From Octopus bimaculoides (taxonomy: Eukaryota): 64,000 bases of DNA. The notes below the pieces were generated by a model. It was not told where the DNA came from, searched no databases, and saw only the letters and a program-made list of their open reading frames with translations. This document shows positions 1 through 12,634 of the stretch, one piece after another. The translations under genes were made by a program, and so were the position numbers. The DNA lies in NCBI RefSeq assembly GCF_001194135.2, contig NC_068982.1, positions 110,425,669 to 110,489,668 of the forward strand, written 5' to 3'. Numbering within the stretch: the first letter of the stretch is position 1; every line of letters begins with the position of its first letter.

Positions 1-237
1 ACACCGTTGTTTACATTCCACGGCAGTAATTGTTTTCACCTCAATAGACGTCAGTGATTTGTTGAAATTACCGAAATATGACAATTTTTTACATGAAATA
101 ACTTCGAATACAAAAATTTTTATCTGTTCTATAACACAAAATATATAAGTATATGAAGTTTGAAAGTGTTTCGGTACCAAAAACACTACATAAAACATTA
201 ATGAAAAATGTTGCCCGTCAAATCAGAAAGATCCGGA

Positions 238-524
238 AGTTGTTGTTGTTATTGGCACTCCGTCGCTTACGACGTCGAGGGTTCCAGTTGATCCAATCAA
301 TGGAACAGCCTGCTCACGAAATTAACGTTCAACTGGCTGAGCACTAATAGGAAGTAAGAGTGAGAATGAGAGAAAGTAGTGGTGAAAGAGTACAGAAGGG
401 TTCGCAACCATCCCCTGCCGGAGCCTCGTGGAGCTTTAGGTGTTTTCGCTCAATAAACACTCACAACGCCCGGTCTGGGAATCGAAATTGCGATCCTATG
501 ACCGCGAGTCCGCTGCGCCTCCAC
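238..524 (-). mobile_element. SINE family B copy with two internal deletions
   Basis: Reverse complement aligns to 12247-12634 but lacks the A box and about 100 bp of the body. Confidence 0.85.
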
Positions 525-542
525 ACACACACACAAACACAC

Positions 543-574
<32 letters not shown>

Positions 575-2166
575 NNNNNNNNNNNNNNNNNNNNNNNNNN
601 NNNNNNNNNNNNNNNNNNNNNNNNNNNNNNNNNNNNNNNNNNNNNNNNNNNNNNNNNNNNNNNNNNNNNNNNNNNNNNNNNNNNNNNNNNNNNNNNNNNN
701 NNNNNNNNNNNNNNNNNNNNNNNNNNNNNNNNNNNNNNNNNNNNNNNNNNNNNNNNNNNNNNNNNNNNNNNNNNNNNNNNNNNNNNNNNNNNNNNNNNNN
801 NNNNNNNNNNNNNNNNNNNNNNNNNNNNNNNNNNNNNNNNNNNNNNNNNNNNNNNNNNNNNNNNNNNNNNGATATATGTGTATAAGAACGCGTTACAGGT
901 AGAAGGGAAGAAATATAAAAGTTGCTAGAAACAACAGCCAAATCCCCCTTAAATTACACAAAGTAAACGGAATTTTAAAAATCTAATTACTGCACTGGAA
1001 AGTACACATCGAGAAAATTCCATTGATGTAAAAATTTTTACGAAAAAGTGGAAAATGTGGATTTCTATAAACTTTTAAAAAGGCTTCACACAGACACACA
1101 ACTTCAGCTTTATATATATATATACACACACACACAAACACACCTGACTGTGTTTCCTAATCAGTTTCAGATTCAATCCGTTTGAGTCACACCTTGGGCA
1201 AGTGATTTCTACTATAGTCTCAATGAATAAAGCCATGCGAATAGATTGTTAGCAGAAACTGTTAAAAAAAAAAACTGTTGCACATATAACTAGGTGTGTG
1301 TGCGTACCTTGTCTTAATGTATGATAGTCATAATCAAACATCATCAATGTCAGAAAATTAGTGTCAATCATTTCCAATGAAAACATGCCCAACGACGGGA
1401 AAAAATCAAAAGATAGCAAAAGGATAGCATCTGGCTATAGAAAATCTGCCTCAATGAATTACATCTAACTCATGCAGGTATGGAAAATGGACATCAAAAT
1501 GATGACATTTGTAGGTAAATGGCTATGTGTCTGTAGGTATATGTCCGTGCATGAGCTTAAAATACACATTCTGTTAACCCAATGACAAATATCACCATCA
1601 TCATCATTTAACATCCATTGTCCATGCAACCATGGGTTGGACAGTTTTACTGGGCTGGCACGCTGGAAGGCTGTGCCTACTGCATATACGGCTGAGCATC
1701 TATTGCCAGGACTGCCTTGGTGATGTGATGAGTCTTGGTCATTAGCACCTTGGTAGGATTTGAACTCAGAATGTGAAGAGCTGGAACAGACACCGCAAAG
1801 CATCTTGCTGGACACTAATAACTCTGCTTACCCACCACTCAAGGCTGGTATTTTATTTAACTCCAAAAGGATGAACAGCAAAATTGACATTGACATACAG
1901 GTGAACTGAATACCACGAAGCATTTGCCACATACATACACACATATGTTTATATGTGTGTGTATCAAAACAGGATTTTGAAAAAATCTTTTATATTATTT
2001 ACTGAAACTTTCCAATGTCTTGTTTTGATATATAATTATTCTGCAAAATTATTTTCCAGTATTTTCAATTCTTATGCATACCTCACACAAATATATCTAC
2101 ATAAGTATTTGGAATAAGCAGATGTGCTTTAAGATGACATATCTTGGAATTTAACTCTCTAAATTT

Positions 2167-2167
<1 letters not shown>

Positions 2168-2238
<71 letters not shown>

Positions 2239-2278
2239 NNNNNNNNNNACACACACACATATATATATATATATATAA

Positions 2279-2311
<33 letters not shown>

Positions 2312-2330
2312 AACACACACACACACATTC
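2168..2330. repeat. Compound (CA)n(TA)n microsatellite
   Basis: Seen directly; interrupted by a 10-N gap. Confidence 0.95.
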
Positions 2331-4579
2331 ACAACGAATATTCACATACATATATGTTCACAAATATACAGTCATAAACATATAAATACACATACACACA
2401 CACACACTATCAGCGTGAGTACGCTTGTATATGTGTTGCTGTGACGCTAAAGCTACAACTAAAGACATAGGACTCAAGCAATTCCAAAACGCTGCAGCTT
2501 ACAACACCAGAACTATAATAATGAACTTACAAAAGCATAAAACCTATCTTTTCTAAGTAGAAGCACAACTTGTTACTGGTACTATTTTTTTTAATAGAAG
2601 GAATGAATGGTTACGTCAGGAATTAAGAAACGGGGAGACACGAAATTATGCATAGAATACAACTACAGATTGTGCTAATTTCACTTCCTTCAAGCCAACA
2701 CTGGAGCCTTTGCAAGGTTGCTTGTCATGCTAGAAATAAAAGCCTAGTTTCCTTCAAATCACACCCTGCTGTCTGACAAGAGGAATGATCATTTTAATTA
2801 TGTAGACTTACAAACGCTATATCGCGAGATAGCAAAAGACGAGATGGTCTCTGCTGGAACGCCTGTGTCCATAGGTCATCTCGATCAGGGTCGATTTGTA
2901 GATAAATAACTTCTATTTCTTTATTAACGTGAGAAACTGCCAGTAGTAGTCGTCTATATGCCACAAATGTTTAGGATTGAGTCATTTCTCTTTGATGACT
3001 ATCAATACAAGCTTTACACATAATCGACCTTGAAATTAACTCCCTAATTTAAATATTATCAAAAATGTTTTACTGCTACTTTATTTTTTTTCTTAAGCAC
3101 CCTAAAAAAAAAAGAGACTCAACGAGAAGTGATTATAATCGCTTATACTACTGATGTTTTTATTGATTAACCCCAGGTCAACCTGATCGAGCTGATGTTT
3201 GATCAAAGGCATTCCAATCGTAACCATTAAGATTCTTTTTTTTTTTAATGATGTATACCTAAGGCTACATTATTCAATATGTCCACCGTATTTTTTTTAA
3301 AGACGTAGGCTGTAAGTCTGGGTGAGATTTAACTGTTTATTCTAGCAAATCGTGCGACAACATTAGAAGCTTCCTTCGTTGGTTCGTATAATCATTTGTG
3401 TGTGACATATTTTACAACGATGGCAAAGCTGACTGACTGGTTAACACAACTTGATGAATGGTGAATGAAATAAACCTCCTCGTCCGATATAAACCAACGA
3501 TTGATAAAATAGATCAGAGAATACCTGTAGCTTTCTTTACATTATTAGCTTTCCCCTTCCGACTCAGGTAGCAACAACGAAGAGCAGTTGAGTAGAAATA
3601 TAGGGGATTACAACAAAATTATGCAAGGAGCTATTTTAAAATTATAATGGAAGTTGTAATCATTATACGGTGGGGGGGGTCGTTTAAAATCAAAATAGGT
3701 AGAAAAAAAAGGACTCGGAATTTCACATTTCTCTTAATTAGATGTAAATAATTTTTAAATGATGGGTTGCTTCAAATTACAGAATACTACAAATCTGTTG
3801 ATTGTTAAAAGAATTTACGTGGTTAAGTCTATGCCAAAGGAGGCGTCTCTGCGTTTTACATTAGAGCAATATGTATATATATATACAGGCACACACATAA
3901 TNNNNNNNNNNNNNNNNNNNNNNNNNNNNNNNNNNNNNNNNNNNNNNNNNNNNNNNNNNNNNNNNNNNNNNNNNNNNNNNNNNNNNNNNNNNNNNNNNNN
4001 NNNNNNNNNNNNNNNNNNNNNNNNNNNNNNNNNNNNNNNNNNNNNNNNNNNNNNNNNNNNNNNNNNNNNNNNNNNNNNNNNNNNNNNNNNNNNNNNNNNN
4101 NNNNNNNNNNNNNNNNNNNNNNNNNNNNNNNNNNNNNNNNNNNNNNNNNNNNNNNNNNNNNNNNNNNNNNNNNNNNNNNNNNNNNNNNNNNNNNNNNNNN
4201 NNNNNNNNNNNNNNNNNNNNNNNNNNNNNNNNNNNNNNNNNNNNNNNNNNNNNNNNNNNNNNNNNNNNNNNNNNNNNNNNNNNNNNNNNNNNNNNNNNNN
4301 NNNNNNNNNNNNNNNNNNNNNNNNNNNNNNNNNNNNNNNNNNNNNNNNNNNNNNNNNNNNNNNNNNNNNNNNNNNNNNNNNNNNNNNNNNNNNNNNNNNN
4401 NNNNNNNNNNNNNNNNNNNNNNNNNNNNNNNNNNNNNNNNNNNNNNNNNNNNNNNNNNNNNNNNNNNNNNNNNNNNNNNNNNNNNNNNNNNNNNNNNNNN
4501 NNNNNNNNNNNNNNNNNNNNNNNNNNNNNNNNNNNNNNNNNNNNNNNNNNNNNNNNNNNNNNNNNNNNNNNNNNNNNNG

Positions 4580-4614
<35 letters not shown>

Positions 4615-5263
4615 TAGAGAGGGGGGGACATGTTGACTGTAGTAACTTCTGTTCAGACACTGAGTGGACAAGGTAGAAATACACACATATACACACTATA
4701 TATAGAAACATATTATATATAGAGAGATATGTATATATATATACAGGCACACACATAATGCGTGTATGTGTGAAAACACACGTCTAGCCTTCTACACAGA
4801 CATCTCTTACGTCAAATAAAATCGTCAAGATGGCGTCGTCGGTCACGTGATAGTGATGGTATTGCAGTCAGCAGACATTGAGTTAATGTAGCAAAGAGGT
4901 GTTTGGACAAGCATCTTGTGTGTATGCATGTATATTATATAAATACACACGCACACATATGAAAATATATATATATATATATGTAAATATATATGTATTA
5001 GTCAGTTTGGAATTTTTAATCAAAAGCATACGAGTTAACGAGCAACATAGGGCAAGATAACTGTTCGTGCCTCTCATACAGATATTTATTTAAGCATTTT
5101 TCACTGTTGCTTCAGTTCTGAACTTCCTAAAATGTTTCTGTTAGATATAACACAAGTCAAGCATTGAGCTTATGGATGTTCCTTAAAAAAAAAAAACACT
5201 AATTTACACCTTAAATCACATGGCAATAAAGTCATATTTCCACAAGAATTTAACTTTAATTAG

Positions 5264-5299
<36 letters not shown>

Positions 5300-5773
5300 C
5301 GTTTTGGGATTTGGATTTTTAAGGCACAATAAGAAAATGACTCTCCCCAGACACAACAGTATATATATANNNNNNNNNNNNNNNNNNNNNNNNNNNNNNN
5401 NNNNNNNNNNNNNNNNNNNNNNNNNNNNNNNNNNNNNNNNNNNNNNNNNNNNNNNNNNNNNNNNNNNNNNNNNNNNNNNNNNNNNNNNNNNNNNNNNNNN
5501 NNNNNNNNNNNNNNNNNNNNNNNNNNNNNNNNNNNNNNNNNNNNNNNNNNNNNNNNNNNNNNNNNNNNNNNNNNNNNNNNNNNNNNNNNNNNNNNNNNNN
5601 NNNNNNNNNNNNNNNNNNNNNNNNNNNNNNNNNNNNNNNNNNNNNNNNNCCCCCCCCCCCTTTCTTTCCTTCACCCTGGACGGACCAGAGAATATCAAAA
5701 CATACATAAAAATGTTACTTGTTATCGATTAAGAGAAATACCAGCAGCAAATGGCAATACAATACAAACTTAC

Positions 5774-6022
5774 ACAAGTACTGTCATTAGGTGTTTGCGT
5801 TGGCTGAGTTTGTTGCTGATATATGACATCCGACGTTGACGAGGCAGAGGCAGGAGTGGCACAACCACCAGAGCTTGGTGGCGTCGACGACGTCGTGGAG
5901 GTGGAGGTCGTGGTGGTCACCGTCAAATTATTAGAGACGTGATTGAAATGCACCACGTTTTTGACAGTCACATTTTTCTTATTTTTTCGACGCTTTGTTT
6001 TCTTGTTGTCAACAGAACTCAT
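5774..6022 (-). CDS. Probable first coding exon of an unidentified gene (83 aa: basic KKTKRRKNKK cluster, then Thr/Ser/Gln-rich low complexity)
   Basis: ATG at 6022, open frame, locally GC/CpG-richer, strong donor TGT|GTAAGT in phase 0; no downstream exon recognised in 1-5773. Confidence 0.6.
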
Positions 6023-6459
6023 TTTTTGGGTGTCGATTTCTTAGTGCTTTTGTTTTTTTTTATGTTGGAAATTGTTTTTTTTTTTTTTTCCTACGGAAAC
6101 AAATATAAGTAGTAGTAGTAGTAATAATAACAAGTCTAGATGGGGAGATTTTATAAAGCTGTCAAAAAGAGAAGAGGTAACGTGAGTAGAGAAATTGAAA
6201 GAGTATAATTTACACACTCAGATTATAAAATAATAACAACAATAATGATACAGTTATTGGCGATCCTCTTTGTAATTGTAATTTGCCAACAAGTAGTATT
6301 GACAATAAAATAATTCTTGTTGCCAAAATCTATTATAACTGTACATCATCCTAACCAAAAGTTCCAAGTTCCATAAATATTCTGATCCCATGTCAATATG
6401 GCGCTCACTACATCACACCCACAATGCATCGCTCTCTGACACACACACTTTCTGCTCAC

Positions 6460-6660
6460 TCTCGCTCGACTTGCTCTCTTTCTCTATCTAACTATCTGCC
6501 GCTCTACTTGCTCTTTTTCTCTCTATCTAACTATCTGCCGCTCTACTTGCTCTTTTTCTCTCTATCTATCTATCTATCGCTCTACCTGCTCTCTCTCTCT
6601 CTGCTTGCTCTCTTTCCCTCTCCGTCTCTCTCTCTCTCTTTCGCTTGCTTCTCACTCGAT
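6460..6660. repeat. CT-rich tract with a 39-bp tandem duplication
   Basis: tctctatctaactatctgccgctctacttgctctttttc x2 plus a degenerate third unit. Confidence 0.85.
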
Positions 6661-8369
6661 CATTCTTGGTCGTTCACACACTCTCACTCTTACTCGTTCA
6701 TTCACTGCTAGATTTCTTCTTTTGCAGCTGTAAACGTTTTTAAAGGCACACACGCTTCCAAGAATGAAAACCCACGCAAATCTACCACATTTAAACTTTC
6801 GATCAGGACACCTCAATCCTAAAATTTTACTAATATTTATTCTGCGTGTATATATATATATAATTATAATTTCTCTCTCATTATATATATATAGTGTGTG
6901 TGCGCGCGCGTACAAAAACATTTCGAACACATCCTCTGCTGAAATGTCTTTATTTGTTTATTTTTTAAACGCAGAATGAAAAAAAAAAACGCAAACGTGT
7001 GGACCCGATCCTATCTAAATTCAACAATTATTACAACATTGATAGCTATATGGCTTTGGTTATATTTTCTGTCAAAATATTTACTATTCTCTTTTAATGC
7101 GGAACTATAAACACATTGGAAACATTCCTTTCACACAAGCTTGGTAAATTGATATTACATGCAACAGGCATCTGTATAAACCAATTTAGAAAGATAAACA
7201 AATAAAGTGGGTAAATAAAATGTGTGTGTATTCAATAAATAAGAGAAAAGTTAAGCGTGGAATGTTTATGTTTTAGAAAATTCCACTTGGTCATCCCCTT
7301 CGTGTACGTTACTGTCAGGTGCCTGTTATATCAAGCAATCGATCAGTTACAAAAAAGAAAACAGCTTATAATTACTAATTTGACGGGCTTTACCATATTA
7401 TAAATACACGTGTGTATTGGTATATTTTTGGTGGAACAAGAGAAATAATTTGTGCCATAAACGAAACTCTGGACCCTTGAGTCACAACCGATATAAATAT
7501 TTGTTGGCATTAATGCCTATTTGTTTGTTTATTTATTAGCATGTAATTTAGACGAAATAATTTTAATTGTTCGATTTTTCGATATTTTCTAATTCTCCGG
7601 TTACGATTTTATTTTTCAGAAGTATTCTTGTTGACAAATGAATTTTCTATTGTATTGATTTGGTTTAACTAGATATAACGACACTTGTGTAACTGTTCTT
7701 CGCCGTCAGCGGTGAAGTAACATTTACAACAATCTTTGGCGTGTCTCAGGCGTATTCTGTGGATTGTTAGGGGAGGCGGTGGCTGCTTTACTGGTGATGC
7801 TAACTAAGGAACACGGAAAGAGAGAGAGTAAGGAATAATAGTGGGAAGCATTTTACCACATGCTTCAGCTTCTGTCTTTTCTCACCCCGCTCTCTTCTAA
7901 GTCTGCAGCACAAGCCAATACCCATCACTTCCGTCAGCTGAATACTTTTGAAACAAGCCGACAGTTATTGGAAATTTAGCTTCACAGCTGAAATGGCTAT
8001 ACAACGAAAAGGACTGACTTCAATTAAATCGAAATCGAACAATACATTACTGGTACTTATTACTCCTAATCCAACGGAGTTAAAACTTAAATCAATGAGA
8101 AGGCAAACTAATAATGTGAAACCTACCACCTGACGTTCTAATCTATTAACTTCCTAGCTTGCGCTTTATTTGTATTCTATCGATTTCTACTGTATTACAT
8201 AGATCTCATCAGTGATACATTGTCATTTATCTCAACAATTTATATGTATTTTGTTTATAAAATAAAATTCTTCAGAAGTATCCTTTAGCATAAGATAAAT
8301 TATACAGAAGCTACAGTACATTCGTCATAATATGTTTATTATGTTTGGCTAAGATAGTATAATAATCTT

Positions 8370-8512
8370 TTCCACTCTAGGCACAAGGCCTGAAATTTTG
8401 GGGGAGGGGGCCAGTCGATTAGATCAGCCTCAGTACGCAACTGGTACTTAATTTATCGAGTCCGAAAGGATGAAAGGCAAAGTCGACCTGGCGGAATTTG
8501 AACTCAGAACGT
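8370..8512 (-). mobile_element. SINE family C 3' half
   Basis: ctaggcacaaggcctgaaattttggg...ggatgaaaggcaaagtcgacc...gaatttgaactcagaacg. Confidence 0.82.
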
Positions 8513-10675
8513 TATAATAATATGATAGTGTATAAGGAAAGGTTGATTGTGCCCTCCTTAAATCATTCTCAAACCAAAGGTAACAAAATAGCCAATCATA
8601 AACCACTTCCAGTCACAAGTGTCTTAGCTGCTCATAACTACTCTGGAATCTGCTTTTAGATATTAATTATATTGATATTAAATTTAGGAACTTGGCCGTA
8701 GATCTATAAAAGGGAATGAATTTGTCTTACATCCATATTTTTCTAATGAAGATATCAATTTAAAATGAAGTGAATTAATTTCAACCTAGAAGGAAAAATC
8801 AGTTTGTAAAATTTCTTCTTCAGTAGCATATAATTACTTCTTTATTCACAACATTCCTTTCAATAGTGTTTAAATAACTGCTTTGATTGTCTTCCGGCAT
8901 TTCTAATACAGCCAAAGCTTTTGTCCAAACCTTAATCAAATCAATTTGCTGAGTGGAATACAAGTAATTCGTCTCATCTAACAACAACTGTGATAATTAA
9001 CTCTTATCTTTCACAACAACACTTTCAAAGAAATTTAAAACAGTGAGGTCAAAAAAATTCTATTCTAGTGTTGACTAAACCAAAATTGGGGGTATAAAAA
9101 TTGGCTTAAAATTCTGTTCTTGGGCTTTTAACTACGATTTTCAGGTTATCTTCTTTCTAGTGTGGTGGAATTATTGATTTTCATGTTAATTAGTGAGAGT
9201 TGTTAATTAGTGGGAGATTTAATCTGTCTTTGTAGTTGGTTTATTAGTAAAAAGCTTTTTGATTGAATTTAATATTTGTGCAAAGGCTTCTGGCAGAATT
9301 TAAAGTAATTTAAAAGTAGGACAGAGAGTCGGCAGAAATAGAGTACCACATTAAATGCATTACATTAGGTCTTTCTATGTTCTGAGTTAAAGCCATGCTG
9401 AGGGTCAATAATACTTTTCATTCCTGTTAGGGTCTATAAAATAAATACCTGTAATATATTGAAGTCAATTCAAACATTTTGCAAACAAAAGCAAAAAAAA
9501 AAGTCACCTTGCGACTAATCAAAAGAAATAATTATTACTGACCTAACAATGGTTGTTTGAATAGTCAAAGCATTACAAAAGTAGAAGAAACCAGCTGAAT
9601 GAATAAATGCTACAGGATAAGCCAACAAGGGAGTCTTTATTTGGTTGCCTGACCTGTTAGAAACAACATGCTGAATATCCCTCAAAGTACACTCTATTAT
9701 CTTTAAAAAGAGGGAAGGGTATTCCTAAATACACGATGACAAAGAAAATATGCATGGCTACAGTTGGAATGTATCTGATCATTGGTTTATTCAGAGCCAA
9801 CCTGACACTAAACAAAAGTACTACAGATGGAAATGCTTCTTAAATAGAAGTGAGGTAAGTTTAAGCCATTATGTAGAGTTAGATGATGATAGTAAGAACT
9901 AATTCAAAATATCTAGGACACACAAAGTAAGCGAGTAAAGATACTATATTATGGGAGCTAGATATATTGCAATGGAGAGTATTCAACAGAGAATCTATTA
10001 ATTTCCTTATCGTCTACAAAACCAGATTTTCATAATCACTTCAACAATGATCAGAATATATTTCAGTATATTTTGGCATGGCATTAATGTCAGTCAGTAT
10101 GAAATCAACATGAATGTTTCTAGTTTGAGCTATGTATGTGGCCAGAGTTGGTAATGGTAATGTAAACACACACATAGTTCAAATATATGAAAGAACTTCT
10201 ATACAGTTTCTTAACCTGCTAAAAACAGGGGCTAAATCTTCCTCAAATGACACCCTATCATCTTTGAGGAGGAAAGACACATTGTATAATTTATTCCAAA
10301 ATATCCCTAAAAGGAGAAAATTGTCCTGACTAGAATGCCTTTCTTCAGAGGTCTGTTCAGTTAGGGCTGACTTGGAATTTAACAATAACAACAAATAATA
10401 AATACACACACACTTTTTATGTACCTATATACTAATATATAAGGAGTATTTTTCACATTACATTTTATATAACTTGGACATCAATGGGAAGCCAGGTTTC
10501 ACTTTCCATAATTCCATGTTATGATAAGATTATTTGGAATGTGATACTTCTGCAATATAGGCTGTGAATACCTGTATTTATTCAAAGGTAACCAGTACTA
10601 TTCGAAAAAAAATCTATCTCTAATTATTCTATATTTTCATGAATAATCTAACCTATTAACATTTCCATTATGGGT

Positions 10676-11226
10676 TACTCTTTTACTTGTTTCAGTCATT
10701 TGACTGTGGCCATGCTGGAGCACCGCCTTTAGTCGAGTAAATCGATCCCAAGACTTATTCTTTGTAAGCCTAGTACTTATTCTATCGGTCTCTTTTGCCG
10801 AACCGCTAAGTTACGGGGACGTAAAAACACCACCATCGGTTGTCAAGCGATGTTGGGGGTACAACCACAGACACACAAACATATACACACACATACATAT
10901 ATCATCATCATCGTTTAACCTCTGCTTTCCATGCTAGCATGGGTTGGACGATTTGACTGAGGACTGGTGAAACCGGATGGCAACACCAGGCTCCAATCTA
11001 AATTTGGCAGAGTTTCTACAGCTGGATGCCCTTCCTAACGCCATATATATATATATATACACATATATGACAGGCTTCTTCCAGTTTCTGTCTACCAAAT
11101 CCACTCACAAGGCTTTGGTCGGCTCGAGGCTATAGTAGAAGACACTTGCCCAAGGTGCCATGCAGTGGGACTGAACCCACAACCATGTGGTTGGTAAGCA
11201 AGCTACTTACCACACAGCCACTCCTG
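10676..11226 (-). mobile_element. tRNA-derived SINE family A (central (TA)/(TG) microsatellite, CORE-like gcaccttgggcaag block), interrupted by an RTE tail
   Basis: Near-identical to copies at 28263, 30660, 40746, 43190 and 50284; head TGGCTGTGTGG (A box) and GGTTCAGTCCC (B box). Confidence 0.9.
10902..11043 (-). mobile_element. RTE 3' tail inserted into the central microsatellite of a SINE
   Basis: (CAT)n-cgtttaacc...gatgcccttcctaacgcc flanked on both sides by SINE (CA/TA)n. Confidence 0.88.
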
Positions 11227-11548
11227 TCAACTAATAATAATAATGTCCTGCTTAGCACCATCATTAGTAACAGTAGCAGCAAATTAATAAGGGAACCTGT
11301 TAGAAACAGAAGCTAAATCTCCTTCTTCAATCAATATATTGTCAAGTTATAAGAGTAATACACTGTATAGTGTAGTCTTAGATACACTATGACTGCAGCC
11401 ATAGTTAAGTGGTTAAGAAGTTTGCATCAAAATCACAAGGTCCCAGATTTGATCTCACTGCATGGAATCTTGTTTAATTCTTTGTTACCATATTTCTGTT
11501 GAAATACACTGATTTGTTTCGGTCAATTTTGGAAATAATGAAGAATGT

Positions 11549-11789
11549 TACTCTTCTACTCTTTTACTTGTTTCAGTCTTTTGACTGTGGCCATGCTGGA
11601 GCACTGCCTTTTAGTCGAGCAAATCGACCCCAGGACTTATTCTTTGGAAGCCTAGTACTTATTTTANNNNNNNNNNTTGGCCCGAGGCTATAGTAGAAGA
11701 CACTTGCCCAAGGTGCCACGCAGTGGGACTGAACCCGGAACCATGTGGTTGGTAAGCAAGCTACTTACCACACAGCCACTCCTGTGCCT
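11549..11789 (-). mobile_element. SINE family A copy with its centre replaced by a 10-N gap
   Basis: Both ends of the family consensus are present on either side of the Ns. Confidence 0.85.
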
Positions 11790-12246
11790 ATGTTATTGGC
11801 GTTTGGAACATACATTATCATGAAATTTTCATGGCAGGTTTTTAACTGAGATCACTTTAAAATGGAATTTGTATCACAGAACCAAGGACAGTTTCAGATG
11901 AATTGGTGTCAAAAAGGTTAAAGGATCACTTTTTCTTTTTTTTTTATCTTCTATTTTTAATGTAGGCAGAGTTTTTGTTCAAATTGATTTGCCTGTTAGA
12001 ATACAAGTAATTAATCTTGTCTAACAACATCTGTGATACTGACCTTTGCAATTTGCTTGAGGTCAACCCAAGCCTCATGAATAAAATTGGGCAGAGAGAA
12101 ATTAAGTAGAAGTCTGTCACATGGATTGAATCTATAGGCCAGTTCAACTTGGAAACTGTACTAAGAGTGCATGTGTCAGCCATGCAGGTAGATCAAACCT
12201 AAAACTCCCCATTAGACAAAATAGATTACTTGTATTTTACCAGAGT

Positions 12247-12634
12247 GGAGGCGCAATGGCCCAGTGGTTAGGGCAGCAGACTCGCGGTCATAGGATCACA
12301 GTTTCGATTCCCAGACTGGGCGTTGTGAGTGTTTATTGAGCGAAAACACCTAAAGCTCCACGAGGCTCCGGCAGGGGATGGTGGCGAACCCTGCTGTACT
12401 CTTTCACCACAGCTTTCTCTCACTCTTACTTCCTGTTTCTGTTGTGCCTGTAATTCAAAGGGTCAGCCTTGTCACACTGTGTCATGCTGAATATCCCCAA
12501 GAACTACATTAAGGGTACACATGTCTGTGGAGTGCTCAGCCACTTGCATGTTAATTTCACGAGCAGGCTGTTCCGTTAATCAGATCAACTGGAACCCTCA
12601 ACGTCATAAGCGACAGAGTGCCAACAACAACAAC
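12247..12634 (+). mobile_element. tRNA-derived SINE family B (AAC tail; possibly octopus OR-type), full length
   Basis: A box TGGCCCAGTGG, B-box-like GTTTCGATTCC, body, (AAC)n tail. Confidence 0.85.

Noticed and set aside
3860-4760. Repeated atatgtatatatatatacaggcacacacataat on both sides of a gap
   Set aside because: Microsatellite-associated and gap-adjacent; likely an assembly overlap or a simple tandem repeat.
360-5732. Long ORFs containing X runs (e.g. 360-902, 3759-4676, 5220-5732)
   Set aside because: Artefacts of N gaps and (TA)n/(CA)n repeats.
5774-6022. RNF115 orthologue (head-to-head with POLR3C in vertebrates)
   Set aside because: The exon lacks the N-terminal Cys-rich zinc finger of RNF115/126; no sequence support.
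12247-12320. Possible tRNA gene
   Set aside because: The tRNA-like head continues into a SINE body and (AAC)n tail, and a second copy is present; no complete cloverleaf.
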